Below, in pieces: positions 1-10,667 of a stretch of DNA of 64,000 nucleotides. The DNA lies in the NCBI GenBank assembly GCA_964427585.1, contig CAYRVC010000001.1, positions 189,846-253,845 on the forward strand. Reading direction: 5' to 3'. Numbering within the stretch: position 1 is the stretch's first letter; each line of letters begins with the position of its first letter. A model generated the notes under the pieces. The model ran no database searches. It was not told the origin of the DNA and saw only the letters and a program-made list of their open reading frames with translations. This DNA is from an uncultured Candidatus Saccharibacteria bacterium. Lineage in GTDB: Bacteria > Patescibacteriota > Minisyncoccia > Minisyncoccales > Staskawiczbacteraceae. The translations under genes and the position numbers were made by a program.

Positions 1-64
1 TTTGGCATTTGCCTCGGCCGTAGGTTTGGCATTAAAAAATCCGAATGAAATTATAAATATATGA
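1..64 (+). CDS. 3' end of a PilM-like pilus assembly gene (cut by window edge)
   Basis: Frame 2 reads AFASAVGLALKNPNEIINI*. The stop TGA at 62-64 overlaps the next ATG (ATATGA). Position upstream of a pilN-like gene. Confidence 0.35.
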   Translation, partial: LAFASAVGLALKNPNEIINI

Positions 65-624
65 CCAATCTTCTTCCGGAAGAAGAAAAAAAGGAACTGC
101 TTTTAAAAAACAAAGAAAAGCTGATTATAATCCTGGGAACTATTGTTTTGGTTTCGTTGATTTGTCTTATACTGATTTTATTTTCAGTAAAATATTATGT
201 CATGACCGGCCTTATCTACCAAAAAAGCCTTTTGGAGCAAGCTGAAAAAAACTATAAAACCCAGCAGTTTATAAACTTCAAAGACGCTATTTTAAAATAC
301 AACGGCATTCTGGTCAAAATAAGGCTGTTTTACAATGAAGAAATATATTTTAGCGAGACATTGAAAATATTATCTGATATTGCCCGGCCTGACGGGGTAT
401 ATTTGACTGACATTTATTTAAACAGGGACGATGAAAATAAAAAAATAAAAATGGTGGCTGCCGGCATCAGCGACTCCAGGGAGAACCTTCTTGTTTTCAA
501 AAAAAACGTGGAGGAGAACAAAGAAATAAAAAATCCTTATTTTTCCCCCGAAAGCTGGACTGATTCTAAAGACGTGAAATTCCACCTTAATTTCGAGTTA
601 TATAAAAATGAAAACCAAGAATAA
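61..624 (+). CDS. PilN-like type IV pilus assembly protein
   Basis: N-terminal NLLP motif (MTNLLPEE) followed by a single TM helix. Size and context with a pilO-like gene fit. Confidence 0.55.
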   Translation: MTNLLPEEEKKELLLKNKEKLIIILGTIVLVSLICLILILFSVKYYVMTGLIYQKSLLEQAEKNYKTQQFINFKDAILKYNGILVKIRLFYNEEIYFSETLKILSDIARPDGVYLTDIYLNRDDENKKIKMVAAGISDSRENLLVFKKNVEENKEIKNPYFSPESWTDSKDVKFHLNFELYKNENQE

Positions 625-1177
625 AATATATATCGTTTCGGCTTTCTTTTCTTTAAGCTCCCTGGCGTTGCTTTTATTTTTGGTTTTTCCCACAATAAAC
701 AAAATAAAGGCTTATTCCGATGATTTCCTGTCGAAAAAAAGGAGTACCGATACGTTAAAAATACAGGCAATAGAAGTTGATAAATTCAAAAAAAACTACG
801 ACATTTACAAACCTAACTTAGAAAAGATAGACCAACTGTTCATCGATAAAAAAAGCCCCGTTTATTTCATAGAATTCCTGGAAAAAACCGCTTTTGAAAG
901 CGGGATTCATCCGGAAATTTCCTTGTCTCCGTACTCTTTGGAAGAAACGGAAGAGGAAGAAGGGAAAACCATCATTACTTTCCAATTCTTTTCAAGCGGA
1001 GACTATCTTAGCATATTGAAATTCACGAAACTGCTGGAAACCGGGCCGTATTTGGTACAAATAAAAAATTTGACAATTAAAAATTCCGAAAGCGAAAGCC
1101 TTTCTGCGGGAAATTTTTCAGGGAAAGTTGATGCCGCATTTTTAATAACCGTGTTCGCTCAAAGCCAGGAAGAATAA
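608..1177 (+). CDS. PilO-like pilus assembly protein
   Basis: N-terminal TM segment plus a coiled region. Overlaps the pilN-like stop. Synteny only. Confidence 0.4.
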   Translation: MKTKNKIYIVSAFFSLSSLALLLFLVFPTINKIKAYSDDFLSKKRSTDTLKIQAIEVDKFKKNYDIYKPNLEKIDQLFIDKKSPVYFIEFLEKTAFESGIHPEISLSPYSLEETEEEEGKTIITFQFFSSGDYLSILKFTKLLETGPYLVQIKNLTIKNSESESLSAGNFSGKVDAAFLITVFAQSQEE

Positions 1178-1181
1178 ACCC

Positions 1182-1571
1182 ATGTTTGACAAAATAAAAA
1201 TAAAAATTGAAAATTATAAATTAGCGAGGATAAAAAAAATTCCGTGGATTTTCGGCCTGCGCGCCTTTTGGATTATTCTGCTTTTGGTTTTTGCCAGCTC
1301 GATGTTCGGGCTATTTTTATTCTACAAATATGCCGTTTTGGTGGAAAGGGAAGAAATTACCATTGCCGGCGGAAGCCTGAAATTCAAAAACAATATTTAT
1401 CAAAAAGTTTTAGAGCAATGGCAGTTAAAAGAAGACAAGTTTATGGAACTGAAAACGGAAGAATACCAGAACCCCTTTTTTCTGAAAAAATCAGATGAAA
1501 AAGAATCCAAAAATCAAAAAGAATCGGAAAATAAAAGCGATGAGAAAAGAGGAAAGCCCGTTATAAAATAA
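1182..1571 (+). CDS. hypothetical membrane-anchored protein, Lys/Glu-rich tail
   Basis: ORF with one TM helix, immediately downstream of the pilNO-like genes. Confidence 0.4.
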   Translation: MFDKIKIKIENYKLARIKKIPWIFGLRAFWIILLLVFASSMFGLFLFYKYAVLVEREEITIAGGSLKFKNNIYQKVLEQWQLKEDKFMELKTEEYQNPFFLKKSDEKESKNQKESENKSDEKRGKPVIK

Positions 1572-1619
1572 TAAATAGTCTTATTAAATCAAACACAAAT
1601 TTAATATTAAAATAAAAAT

Positions 1620-1997
1620 ATGGGTAATACAAACAAAAAAATTTTAATCGTTGAAGACGATAAGGATTTTCTGTTTATCCTTCAGGAAAGCCTGAAAAAA
1701 GAGGGGTTTTCCGTTATTATTTCCGAAAACGGCCGGGACGGCCTGGCCATGGCTGAAAAAGAAAAGCCTGATTTGATCATTCTGGATATTTTAATGCCGG
1801 CAATGGACGGCTACGAGGTCGCCGAAAAAATAAAAGAAAAAAACATAAGCGCCAAAGTCATATTCTTAACAAATCTTAAAGACTTGGATTCCATGAGCAA
1901 GGCGCTGGAAATAATCCCGTCTGACTATATCATAAAATCAGACATGCCAGTTGGCAAAATAGTCGAGGAAGTGAAAAAGAAGCTGGAAATCGTCTGA
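1620..1997 (+). CDS. single-domain response regulator (CheY-like receiver)
   Basis: KILIVEDD...PDLIILDILMPAMDG...K: typical receiver acidic pocket and phospho-Asp context. Confidence 0.85.
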   Translation: MGNTNKKILIVEDDKDFLFILQESLKKEGFSVIISENGRDGLAMAEKEKPDLIILDILMPAMDGYEVAEKIKEKNISAKVIFLTNLKDLDSMSKALEIIPSDYIIKSDMPVGKIVEEVKKKLEIV

Positions 1998-2070
1998 AAC
2001 ATCCTCCATATTAGCGACGACCGGAAATTTGGGCGCCGTCTTTTTTCGTAATTTGAGCTTCAGCGATTAT

Positions 2071-2098
2071 TTGCAAAAAAATATATTTTTGCTATAAT
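2071..2098 (+). promoter_or_regulatory. sigma70-like promoter of the atp operon
   Basis: TTGCAA (2071-2076), 16 nt spacer, TATAAT (2093-2098), 8 nt before the atpB ATG region. Confidence 0.55.
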
Positions 2099-2106
2099 GG
2101 AAATCT

Positions 2107-2838
2107 ATGTTAGAGATATCATTGAAGGCAGAAGAGCTTTTTAAGATAGGCGGCTATACCGTAACCAACAGCCTGCTTTTGTCGCTTGTCGTTTTTTTTG
2201 TTTTATCTTCCTTTGCCATATTTTTTAAAAAAAACACCAAACTTATACCGGGATTTTTGCAGAATATAACCGAAGTGGTGATAGAGGCATTCCTTTCTTT
2301 AATGGATTCCGTTTTAAACGACAGGAAAAAATCGGAAAAATACCTGCCCCTAATCGTAACGATTTTTATTTTTATCCTGGCTTCAAACTGGCTGGGTCTG
2401 CTTCCGGGGGTGGGATCGTTCATATTAAGAGAAGAGCACGCAAACATTCCCTTATTAAGGTCTCCGGCCAGCGATATTAATTTTACTTTGACGCTGGCCA
2501 TCACGGCCATTATAACAATCAATTTATTGGGAATTAAGGCTGTTGGGTTTTCAAAGCACGTTAAAAAATTCCTGAATTTTGGAAATCCCATAAAATTTTT
2601 CGTGGGCATACTGGAATTCTTTTCCGAAATTTCCAAAACGATATCTTTTTCTTTCAGGCTGTTTGGCAACATTTTTGCGGGAGAAGTGCTTTTAACCATC
2701 GTGTTTTTCCTGGTTCCGTATATCGTGCCCGTCCCGTTCTTGTTTTTGGAATTTTTCTTCGGAGCAATCCAGGCTTTGATTTTCGCGTCCTTAACCTTGA
2801 TTTTTCTTTCCATACACACAACAGCGGAAGAACACTAA
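2107..2838 (+). CDS. atpB: F0 ATP synthase subunit a
   Basis: Polytopic membrane protein with the FRLFGNIFAGE motif (conserved Arg). First gene of the atp operon. Confidence 0.9.
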   Translation: MLEISLKAEELFKIGGYTVTNSLLLSLVVFFVLSSFAIFFKKNTKLIPGFLQNITEVVIEAFLSLMDSVLNDRKKSEKYLPLIVTIFIFILASNWLGLLPGVGSFILREEHANIPLLRSPASDINFTLTLAITAIITINLLGIKAVGFSKHVKKFLNFGNPIKFFVGILEFFSEISKTISFSFRLFGNIFAGEVLLTIVFFLVPYIVPVPFLFLEFFFGAIQALIFASLTLIFLSIHTTAEEH

Positions 2839-2844
2839 AGGTCG

Positions 2845-2897
2845 AATTTGAAATTTGAAATTTAAAATTTGAAATCAATTTGAAATTTAAAATTTGA
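2845..2897. repeat. heptamer tandem repeat element: 4 x AATTTGA(/A), AATC, 3 x AATTTGA
   Basis: Counted directly in the sequence. The same 4+3 architecture recurs inside murC at 56588-56640. Confidence 0.85.
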
Positions 2898-2983
2898 AAT
2901 AAAATATTATCAAAATTTTCTTTTAGAAAATTTTGATACCTGCTTATTAAAAATTAAAAATTTCAAATTAAAAATTCTAATAT

Positions 2984-3211
2984 ATGGATGCAGAAATGAT
3001 AAATTTATTGTCCATTGCTTTAATAATGGTTTTCGGCGTGGTAGGGCCGGCTTTTGCCATCGGTAGCATCGGATCTTCTGCTTTAAAAGGAATAAGCAGA
3101 AACCCGGAAGCGGCCTCTAAAATCCAAACCAGCATGGTTTTGGCAATAGCTTTCGCGGAAGCATTGGGAATTTACGCGTTAGTGGTATCGCTTATTTTAA
3201 AATTCGTATAA
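2984..3211 (+). CDS. atpE: F0 ATP synthase subunit c
   Basis: 75-aa two-helix hairpin protein, GPA..IG..G loop RNPE, carboxylate in AFAEALGIYALV. Confidence 0.9.
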   Translation: MDAEMINLLSIALIMVFGVVGPAFAIGSIGSSALKGISRNPEAASKIQTSMVLAIAFAEALGIYALVVSLILKFV

Positions 3212-3222
3212 AAAAACTTCTG

Positions 3223-3279
3223 AATTTGGGGGGTCTCCGACATCCCCCAATTTGGGGGATGTCGGAGACCCCCCAAATT
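3223..3279. repeat. perfect ~56-bp palindrome (AATTTGGGGGGTCTCCGACATCCCCCAA / TTGGGGGATGTCGGAGACCCCCCAAATT)
   Basis: The two halves are exact reverse complements. A second copy lies at 58779-58838. Confidence 0.9.
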
Positions 3280-3304
3280 ATTCATCCGCATTTAAAAACA
3301 ATCC

Positions 3305-3799
3305 ATGAGCGAGTTTTTTACACAATTCGGCATTGACTGGAAGCTTCTTTTAAGCCAGTTTGTGAATTTTGCCTTGATATTGATAATATTAAGGGCTTTT
3401 GTGTATAAGCCCCTTCTCAAAATGTTAAATGAAAGAAGGGAAAAGATAGAGCAGGGGCTCGTGAAGGCCGAAGAATCTGATATCCGTTTGAAAGAAGTTG
3501 ACAACATAGCCAAAGGAAAGCTGAAGGAAGCCGAGCAAAAAAGCCTGGCAATGCTTTCTGAAACCGATTCAAAGAAAAAACAACTGGAAAAAGACCTTTT
3601 TTTAAAAATGAAGCAGAAAGAAGAGCAATTGCTTTTGAAAGCGGAAGAGTCAGCAGAACTCCATAAAAAGGAAATAAATGAGAAAATCCAAAAAGAAGCA
3701 GCCGAAATTATCGGCAAAGCCATTGCAAAAGCGATAGACGAGGAGCCAGAACAGGTTGACGAAAAATTAATCAGAAAAGCCGTATCTCGAATAAAATGA
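3305..3799 (+). CDS. atpF: F0 ATP synthase subunit b
   Basis: N-terminal TM helix then a long charged helix. Operon position. Confidence 0.8.
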   Translation: MSEFFTQFGIDWKLLLSQFVNFALILIILRAFVYKPLLKMLNERREKIEQGLVKAEESDIRLKEVDNIAKGKLKEAEQKSLAMLSETDSKKKQLEKDLFLKMKQKEEQLLLKAEESAELHKKEINEKIQKEAAEIIGKAIAKAIDEEPEQVDEKLIRKAVSRIK

Positions 3800-4179
3800 A
3801 CTACACTCCAAAAATTTACGCAAAAGCTTTTTTTGAAGCCGCGTTCAGCTTAAAAAACGGGGTTGATACAGACAAGCTTGTAAAAAATCTTTTAATTCAG
3901 GTAAAATTAAACAGGGATCAGCGGAAACTGAAAGATATCCTTTTTGCTTTTGAAAAAATGGCGATAAAGAAAAAAGGCGGCAGGAAATTGACGATAGAAA
4001 CAGCCCGTCCGCTTAGTTCCCGCAATGAAAAGATGGTTGAATCTTTGGCGAAAGACAATGACATCATTGAAAGAAAAATAAACAGCAGGCTGGTTGCGGG
4101 CATAAAAATAAATATAAACGACGAACTTTTATTGGATGAATCGTTTGCCGCAAAAATAAAAAAAATTTTAAATATATAA
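3796..4179 (+). CDS. atpH: ATP synthase subunit delta (short, 127 aa)
   Basis: Lies between atpF and atpA with a 4-nt overlap with atpF. N-terminal YAKAFFEAA resembles the OSCP start. Confidence 0.6.
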   Translation: MNYTPKIYAKAFFEAAFSLKNGVDTDKLVKNLLIQVKLNRDQRKLKDILFAFEKMAIKKKGGRKLTIETARPLSSRNEKMVESLAKDNDIIERKINSRLVAGIKININDELLLDESFAAKIKKILNI

Positions 4180-4183
4180 TTGA

Positions 4184-5707
4184 ATGTCATACGAAATAAT
4201 AGAAAAGCTAAAAAAGGCCATAGGAGAGTATAAAGAAACGGAAAAACTGGAAGAAATCGGCCGGATTATTGAATCTGGCGACGGGATAGTTAAAATTTAC
4301 GGACTAAAAAATGTAAAAGCGCAGGAAGTCCTGTCTATTGAAACAGAAGAGAAAGAAATAAAAGCTTTGGCTTTGAATTTGGAAGAAGACTCGGTTGGAG
4401 CCTTGGTTTTAGACGACCCTATAGGCATAAAAAGTGGCGACATTGTTAAAAGAACCGGTAATTTGTTATCAATAGAAACGGGTAAGAGCCTGCAAGGAAG
4501 AGTGGTCAGCCCATTGGGCCATCCATTAGACGGCAGAGGACCCTTGTTTGGTTCTGAAAAACCTGTTTTGAGCCCGTTGGAAAACGACGCGCCATCCGTG
4601 CTGGATAGGGAACCGGTTGACACCCCTTTGCATACCGGAATCAAAACAATAGATTCAATGATCCCCATAGGAAGGGGCCAGAGAGAGCTTATCATAGGCG
4701 ACCGCCAAACAGGCAAAACAGCCATTGCCATTGACGCTATAATAAACCAGCATCTGGATAATTATAAAAAACCTCCTGTCTGCATATATGTAGCCATCGG
4801 CCAGAAAGAATCGAAGATAGCCAAAACAGTTGAAACCCTTAAAAATAACGGGGCCATGGATTACACCGTTGTCGTTTCAGCCCCGGCTTCCTCCAGTGCC
4901 GCGTTGTGGTATTTGGCTCCGTACGCGGGTTGCGCCATCGGCGAATATTTCAGAGACAAAGGCGAAGACGCGCTAATTATTTATGACGACCTGTCAAAAC
5001 ACGCCTGGGCGTACAGGCAAATCTCATTATTATTGAGAAGGCCCCCGGGAAGGGAAGCGTATCCTGGAGACATTTTTTATCTTCATTCAAGGCTCCTAGA
5101 AAGAGCTGCTAAATTATCAAAAGAAAAAGGCGGAGGATCTTTAACCGCCCTGCCTATAGTTGAAACCCAGCTGGGCGATGTTACTGCCTATATCCCCACC
5201 AACATCATTTCAATTACAGACGGCCAAATTTATCTTGAAAGCGATTTATTCTACCAGGGCGTAAGGCCGGCCGTTAATGTGGGGTTGTCTGTTTCCCGCG
5301 TGGGATCCAAGGCCCAAACCCAGGCTATGAAAAAGGTGGCGGGAAAGCTTAGGCTGGAGCTGGCCCAATTCAGGGAGCTTCAGGCATTCGTGCAATTCGC
5401 TTCCGATGTCGATGAAAACACCAAGAAAAAAATAAAAAGAGGTCAGATTATCACGGAAATTTTAAAACAGCCGGATTTAGCTCCCTTGTCTTTTGAAAAA
5501 CAAGTTATAATTCTTTATTCCGCTTTGAACAATTATTTTGACGAGATTGATTCAGTTAAACTTCCTGCATTGCAAGAGAAATTATTGGAAACCATCGAAA
5601 AACTGCATAATGAAGAAATTTCAGAGCCGATGAAAAAAACCGGTAAACTGACCGAGGAAACAGAACAAAAACTAAAAACAATAATTGAAAATATAGTTAA
5701 AAGCTAA
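4184..5707 (+). CDS. atpA: F1 ATP synthase subunit alpha
   Basis: Walker A GDRQTGKT, plus LLLRRPPGREAYPGD and ITDGQI motifs. Confidence 0.97.
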   Translation: MSYEIIEKLKKAIGEYKETEKLEEIGRIIESGDGIVKIYGLKNVKAQEVLSIETEEKEIKALALNLEEDSVGALVLDDPIGIKSGDIVKRTGNLLSIETGKSLQGRVVSPLGHPLDGRGPLFGSEKPVLSPLENDAPSVLDREPVDTPLHTGIKTIDSMIPIGRGQRELIIGDRQTGKTAIAIDAIINQHLDNYKKPPVCIYVAIGQKESKIAKTVETLKNNGAMDYTVVVSAPASSSAALWYLAPYAGCAIGEYFRDKGEDALIIYDDLSKHAWAYRQISLLLRRPPGREAYPGDIFYLHSRLLERAAKLSKEKGGGSLTALPIVETQLGDVTAYIPTNIISITDGQIYLESDLFYQGVRPAVNVGLSVSRVGSKAQTQAMKKVAGKLRLELAQFRELQAFVQFASDVDENTKKKIKRGQIITEILKQPDLAPLSFEKQVIILYSALNNYFDEIDSVKLPALQEKLLETIEKLHNEEISEPMKKTGKLTEETEQKLKTIIENIVKS

Positions 5708-6646
5708 ATGGAATCCATTCAATCAATAAAATCAAGGCTTAAAAGCATAAAAAATATCGGACAGATAACCAAGGCTATGGAGCTGGTGGCGGCGACAAAA
5801 ATGCGGAAATCTCAAGAGATAGCTTTGGCTTCAAGGCCTTATGCTTATGCTGTTTTGGATATCCTTGCAAGGATATCCCTGCAGGAAACAGAACTGCCAA
5901 AAATTCTTCAAAAAAGAAAAGAGATTAAAAAAACCGCCCTTGTTCTTTTGACTTCAGACAAAGGCCTGGCCGGCTCTTTTAATAACGCCGTAATAAGATT
6001 ATTTGAGAAATATTTAAAAGAAGAAAATATAAATACGAATAGCACAAATTATTCGTTCATTGGCATTGGAAAAAAAGCGATAGCGCATTTTCAAAACAGA
6101 GGGATAAAGATTAAAGAAAAATTTGTCAGGACAGGGGATTTTACAACCCCTGAGCAGACAAACCCCATATCCGACTTTCTTTCAAAAGGATATTTAGAAA
6201 AGGAGTGGGACGAAGTCATATTGTTTTCAACATATTTCATGTCCGCCTTAAAGCAGGAGGTCGTGGCAAGAAGAATATTCCCCGTTGAATTGGGTTCCAT
6301 AAAAAAAACCATTGAGGAAATAATCCCAAAAACAGGAAAATTCAGAGACATGATAAAAGGGGAAAAAACGCCGCTCCTTTCAGAAAAGGTTGACGAATAT
6401 CTCATTGAGCCTTCAAGCGAAAAAGCATTGGAATCTTTGGCCGGCCACTTGATAAAAATGCAGTTTTACCATTTGATTCTGGAAACCAACGCGTCAGAGC
6501 ATGCCTCGAGAAGAATGGCCATGCAGAACGCTTCAGACAATGCCAAAGAGCTGTCAGAATCCCTTAATCTTTTCTATAACAAATCGAGGCAAGCTGGCAT
6601 TACAAAAGAAATAACGGAAATCGTTTCAAGCATAGAGTCAATTTAA
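5708..6646 (+). CDS. atpG: F1 ATP synthase subunit gamma
   Basis: IKSRLKSIKNIGQITKAMELVAATKMRK start and ITKEITEIVS end. Confidence 0.9.
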   Translation: MESIQSIKSRLKSIKNIGQITKAMELVAATKMRKSQEIALASRPYAYAVLDILARISLQETELPKILQKRKEIKKTALVLLTSDKGLAGSFNNAVIRLFEKYLKEENINTNSTNYSFIGIGKKAIAHFQNRGIKIKEKFVRTGDFTTPEQTNPISDFLSKGYLEKEWDEVILFSTYFMSALKQEVVARRIFPVELGSIKKTIEEIIPKTGKFRDMIKGEKTPLLSEKVDEYLIEPSSEKALESLAGHLIKMQFYHLILETNASEHASRRMAMQNASDNAKELSESLNLFYNKSRQAGITKEITEIVSSIESI

Positions 6647-6745
6647 TAATTATTTAAAAGCGGGGCAATAAATTTTTCGCAGGCCTGAACGCGAAGCATT
6701 CACAGCCGGAGAAAAATTTATTGCCGAGCTTTTAACGAAGAATAA

Positions 6746-8122
<1,377 letters not shown>

Positions 8123-8128
8123 GTAATC

Positions 8129-8383
8129 ATGAAATTATTTGTTTACTCGTTAAAAAATATTCTTTTCTGGGGGGAAGCTGTATCTTTGACCTGTGAAACC
8201 CAAACCGGCCAGATTACTGTTTTGGACAATCACGAACCATTGATTACGGCGCTAAAGGAAGGATTGGTCAAAATAATTGACAATGATAAAAAATCAAGCT
8301 ATATTCAAATATTAAACGGGTTCCTTGAAATCCGCACAGGCAATGAAGTCCGGTGCATCATAAGTGAAAAGGAAAAGGAGTAA
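8129..8383 (+). CDS. atpC: F1 ATP synthase subunit epsilon, beta-sandwich only (84 aa, no C-terminal helices)
   Basis: Operon position. G.I.VL..H.P....L..G motif pattern. Confidence 0.7.
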   Translation: MKLFVYSLKNILFWGEAVSLTCETQTGQITVLDNHEPLITALKEGLVKIIDNDKKSSYIQILNGFLEIRTGNEVRCIISEKEKE

Positions 8384-8386
8384 AGG

Positions 8387-8911
8387 ATGATTCTGAAATT
8401 ATTTAGCAGAAAAATTTCGCGAAATAAAACCGCTAAAATGGACTGGAAAAAAATCACGTCAAAAGGATTGAGGCGTGGCCATTACAAGGCCGATGCTTTA
8501 ATTTTATATTGCTCTGACGACAGGGGCAGGGAAGCATTGTCAGAATTTATTTTAAAAAATAAATTCCGGCACTACGACCTGGTTATTATCCCGGGAGGAG
8601 CAAAAGCTCTTTCTGGCCAAAATGGAAACGAAAAAGCGGTTATTTTGGAATATATTTCAAAATTAATGGAACTGCATCTCGCCAAAGAGGCAATTATTTT
8701 CACGCATGTTGATTGCGGAGCCTGCGGCGGAAGCGTTGCTTTTGGAAACGACCCGGAAAAAGAGCGAGAAAGCCACCGCCAATGGCTTGAAGGCGCTAAA
8801 AATTGTTTGCGGGAAATCCTCCCCGACATTCCAATCAAAGGATATTTTGTTGATTTTGAAGGAATCTGGCAAGTTGATGAGTTTGCAGGCTTTCAGCCAA
8901 CTGTCCCGTAG
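8387..8911 (+). CDS. hypothetical protein with beta-carbonic-anhydrase-like zinc motifs
   Basis: CSDDR (CxDxR) at residues 42-46 and HVDCG (HxxC) at 107-111. Fold assignment is tentative. Confidence 0.35.
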   Translation: MILKLFSRKISRNKTAKMDWKKITSKGLRRGHYKADALILYCSDDRGREALSEFILKNKFRHYDLVIIPGGAKALSGQNGNEKAVILEYISKLMELHLAKEAIIFTHVDCGACGGSVAFGNDPEKERESHRQWLEGAKNCLREILPDIPIKGYFVDFEGIWQVDEFAGFQPTVP

Positions 8912-8920
8912 GAGGCTAAC

Positions 8921-9481
8921 ATGTCGCTTATTCCCGTTCCCGATAATTTGCTTGCCGAATGGCAGGCCTTTTATAAACTTTTGTTTAACTTTGATTTTGA
9001 TTTTTCGGGATTATCCGTTCAAAAACAAGAGCCGGATTTTAACCGCCTTATTGTTGTTGCGCGGGGAATAAGCCCCCAGATTTTATGGCAAAAATGCGAA
9101 GAATTATTTCCATGCCATGCGCCAACAACGGATAATTGGGAAAATATCCGGTCAGATAGAACATCAGAAAAAGGCCATTACGCCGTATGGGTGGAAGACG
9201 AGCCGGAGGCAAGCAATGAGCTGGAATATCTTTCCGCAAATCAGATTAAAAAACATAAAATTCCCAGCATGACCATTGAAGAAAGGCTGGTATTCGGCAT
9301 CAAATTTTTTGCGGAAAAAGCGGACCACTTGGACAAGACAACGTGGACCCTTTGTTCAGGCTCCTCTTGCGACTGCGGCCTTGTGCCAATAGCTTTATTC
9401 CATGATAAAAAATTTTTGATAGAATGGAACGGCCCCGACCGGGTTCACAATCTTTTGCGGGCCCGCGCCGTGATTTATTAA
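8921..9481 (+). CDS. hypothetical protein
   Basis: Good RBS (TAGGAGG) 6 nt upstream. No motif recognised. Confidence 0.6.
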   Translation: MSLIPVPDNLLAEWQAFYKLLFNFDFDFSGLSVQKQEPDFNRLIVVARGISPQILWQKCEELFPCHAPTTDNWENIRSDRTSEKGHYAVWVEDEPEASNELEYLSANQIKKHKIPSMTIEERLVFGIKFFAEKADHLDKTTWTLCSGSSCDCGLVPIALFHDKKFLIEWNGPDRVHNLLRARAVIY

Positions 9482-9568
9482 TTGAACTTTAAAATTTATC
9501 ATGTCCTCTTGAATCTTTTCAGGAGGCTTTTTTTATGCTATCTTAATATAATACAAAAGAAAAATATA

Positions 9569-10411
9569 ATGTTGCAACAAGACAGATATAACGCAATATG
9601 GGTGTCGCATTCGTCTATAGGGGATTTTTTAAAATGCCCCAGGCTTTATTTTTTGCGCAATATATACAAAACAAAAGACAACAGAAAAATATCCCTGGCC
9701 AGCCCGTTTTTGTCTTTGGGAACAGCGGTGCACGAAACGCTGGAAGGCCTGGCAAAATACAGGGCAGAGGAAAGATTTCATCGGCCGTTAGAGCCGATTT
9801 TTGAAGAAAATTGGAAAAATATTTCCGGAAAAAAGGGCGGATTTAAAAGTGAAGAAGAGGAAAGCGAAGCAAAAGAGCGCGCCAGAAAAATGATATTGAT
9901 GGTGGCCGAAAACCCCGGGCCATTGGCCAAAAAAACCGTAAAAATAAAGAACGGCGAGAACTCGGCTCTTTTGAGCTTTTACCTGTCCCCGGAAGAAAAC
10001 ATCATTTTATGCGGAAAAATAGACTGGCTGGAATACATTGAAAAAGACGACAGCTTGAATGTTATTGATTTTAAAACGGGAAGAAACGACGAAGACGGAA
10101 AATCTTTGCAGATTCCCATTTATATGATGCTGTTAAACGCCCTTCAAAAGAGGAAAATTTCCGGAGCGGCCTACTGGTATTTGGAACGCCAAAAAACGCC
10201 TTCGCCAGTTGCCATGCCAGACATTCAAGGCGCTAAAAATAGGGTTTTATCTTTTGCCAGAATGATCAAAACAGCCAAAGAAAATAATAATTTTAAATGT
10301 CCCAAAGGGCCTGGCGGGTGCTTTGCCTGCCGGCCTTATGAAAAAATTCTGCGTGGCGAAGCGGAATTTATCGGCCAAAGCCTGGACAATAAGGAAATTT
10401 ATCTGCTTTGA
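9569..10411 (+). CDS. PD-(D/E)XK nuclease with Cas4/AddB-type four-Cys cluster
   Basis: The first Cys is in DFLKCPRLYF. GKIDWLE...VIDFKTG gives the D..(D/E)xK core. The C-terminal cluster is CPKGPGGCFAC. ATG at 9569 is preferred over the TTG at 9482. Confidence 0.7.
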   Translation: MLQQDRYNAIWVSHSSIGDFLKCPRLYFLRNIYKTKDNRKISLASPFLSLGTAVHETLEGLAKYRAEERFHRPLEPIFEENWKNISGKKGGFKSEEEESEAKERARKMILMVAENPGPLAKKTVKIKNGENSALLSFYLSPEENIILCGKIDWLEYIEKDDSLNVIDFKTGRNDEDGKSLQIPIYMMLLNALQKRKISGAAYWYLERQKTPSPVAMPDIQGAKNRVLSFARMIKTAKENNNFKCPKGPGGCFACRPYEKILRGEAEFIGQSLDNKEIYLL

Positions 10412-10429
10412 GTTGTAAAAAAATCGAAC

Positions 10430-10648
10430 ATGAAAATCTTTGTGAAGGCAAAACCTAACGCCAAAAATGAAACCGTTGAACAAATAGACAACGGCCATTT
10501 TGTAATAAGCGTGAAAGAGCCGCCGGTAAAAGGAATGGCAAACCGGGCAATTATCAAGGCTATTGCAAGACATTTTAACGTCAGCGAATCGAATGTCCGC
10601 CTTGTTTTTGGATTTTCATCGAGAGAGAAAATTTTTGAAATAAATTAA
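10430..10648 (+). CDS. DUF167/YggU-family small protein
   Basis: KAKPNAK...V.V.EPPVKGMANRAIIK.IA..F.V..S.V.LV.G..SREK pattern. Confidence 0.7.
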   Translation: MKIFVKAKPNAKNETVEQIDNGHFVISVKEPPVKGMANRAIIKAIARHFNVSESNVRLVFGFSSREKIFEIN

Positions 10649-10667
10649 GCGTGATAATTTTATAAAT

